Notes under the pieces: model-generated
Told to the model about the DNA's origin: nothing
Seen by the model: the letters and a program-made list of their open reading frames with translations, nothing else
Databases searched by the model: none
Source: Octopus sinensis
Taxonomy: Eukaryota
Assembly: GCF_006345805.1 (NCBI RefSeq)
Contig: NC_043004.1
Coordinates: 83,576,001 to 83,640,000, forward strand
Direction of reading: 5' to 3'
Length of the DNA stretch: 64,000 nt
Position numbers and translations under genes: made by a program
In this document: piece by piece, positions 62,828-64,000 of the stretch
How positions within the stretch are numbered: the first letter of the stretch is position 1
Layout: every line of letters starts with the position of its first letter

Positions 62828-64000
62828 TAATAAAGAGCATATTACTCTGCCTTTGGTATTTGAGTACTATTTGTCCCACCTTGTTTTGCATTCATGTGTT
62901 TTCAGTTGTTAAGTGTCCCAGCCATGAGGAATCGACACTAGATATGTCGAAACAATTGTCGTGATTAATAATAAATTCTGGTATATTCCATCTGTCCTTT
63001 TATTTGCCATTCATACATACAAATATATATATATATATATATATATGTACGTTTGTACACAGGTAGATAGGGGTCAGAGAGCGGATGAAAGAAATACTTA
63101 TAGTGAGAGACAGCTTGAAATAAGAAAGGAATTCGAGAGTGTTGATGGGTGACAGAGAATTATTTGAAGACGTCATGAATGTAAGTTAAATAAAGTGAAT
63201 TAGATTTGATTTGGGTTTGGAAAGAACTATAATGTTTCACGCTAACATTAACGCATGCAAATGCGAGAAAAATATGGCAGGAGTAGGCGAGAGTGCGTGA
63301 AATTATTTGGGTAGATGTAATCAAGGTAACAATAAGAACATTTTAAACAGTGAAAGAGAAATATATTTTTAAACAAAGAACAGAATTGAAGAACTGTGTA
63401 AATTATAGATAATGTATAAAAAAAACGAAATATATTATTTCAGAGACTGTGGGAATGGAAAAGTTTTAAAAATTCCCTTAGGAGTAGAAAGTTATATTTG
63501 TATAAGTTAAATCTTATAGAAAGTTTTTTTTTTTTCTTTAAAGTCAGCAAAAATATAATTACAGTAAAAAAACAAAAGTAAGAATGAGACAAAACAACAT
63601 TAACAACAGGTTTTAAAATTTTGAAAATTTTCCACGGTAATGTAAAATATAAATCTCTAATACAATTCATCGGTAAAATATTTACATATGTCATTTAGTT
63701 ATCAACCAAAAACAGATTAATACATTGGGTTTTCAGTTTTGTAGAATGAAAATTCTTATGCCTCTATAAGCTCTCGAATAGTAAATATTTTAAGAACAGA
63801 AATTTAGTTGAGAATGTTACAAATTTGGTTTGCTTTATAAATATAGCTTTAAAAGTTCTTCGTTTTCATTTTTTTTATTTTAATAAAAGAAATAACAACG
63901 ATGCAATAAATTCGACTCATTTCAGACCACTTATTTCCCTACAAACATTTTGATTTTCTCTATTCTTACAGTAAGGTATCTGAGGTAAAGAAGTTTTGTT

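Overview
This is eukaryotic, AT-rich, repeat-dense DNA. The SINE families and extreme microsatellite load suggest an octopus (cephalopod) genome; that assignment is inference and was not database-checked. I see no prokaryotic genes, rRNA, intact tRNA or CRISPR array. Most ORFs in the supplied track are microsatellite or SINE read-through. There is one credible host gene: an apparently intronless minus-strand gene (ATG 2695 to stop 1644) for a signal-peptide-bearing, Cys-rich glycoprotein of about 350 aa. It is split by a single -1 frameshift at a 3-nt homopolymer, so it is either an assembly error or a young pseudogene. The rest is a transposon graveyard: Penelope-like elements (PLEs), several Tc1/mariner copies (DD34D and DD41D), a Helitron, a Chapaev3-like transposase relic, an R4/Dong-like endonuclease end, RTE/CR1 relics, and at least five SINE-like families. 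The most striking hidden structure is a set of type-I hammerhead ribozyme motifs inside inverted or tandem PLE-type terminal repeats sitting in (TA)n tracts. Four have an intact catalytic core (17978-18077 minus, 18299-18398 plus, 18889-18994 plus, 23384-23465 minus) and a fifth is near-intact (13850-13931 plus). They have palindromic helix III and unusually long helix II. Degenerate or variant copies also occur, one with an apparent A3:U8 core covariation.
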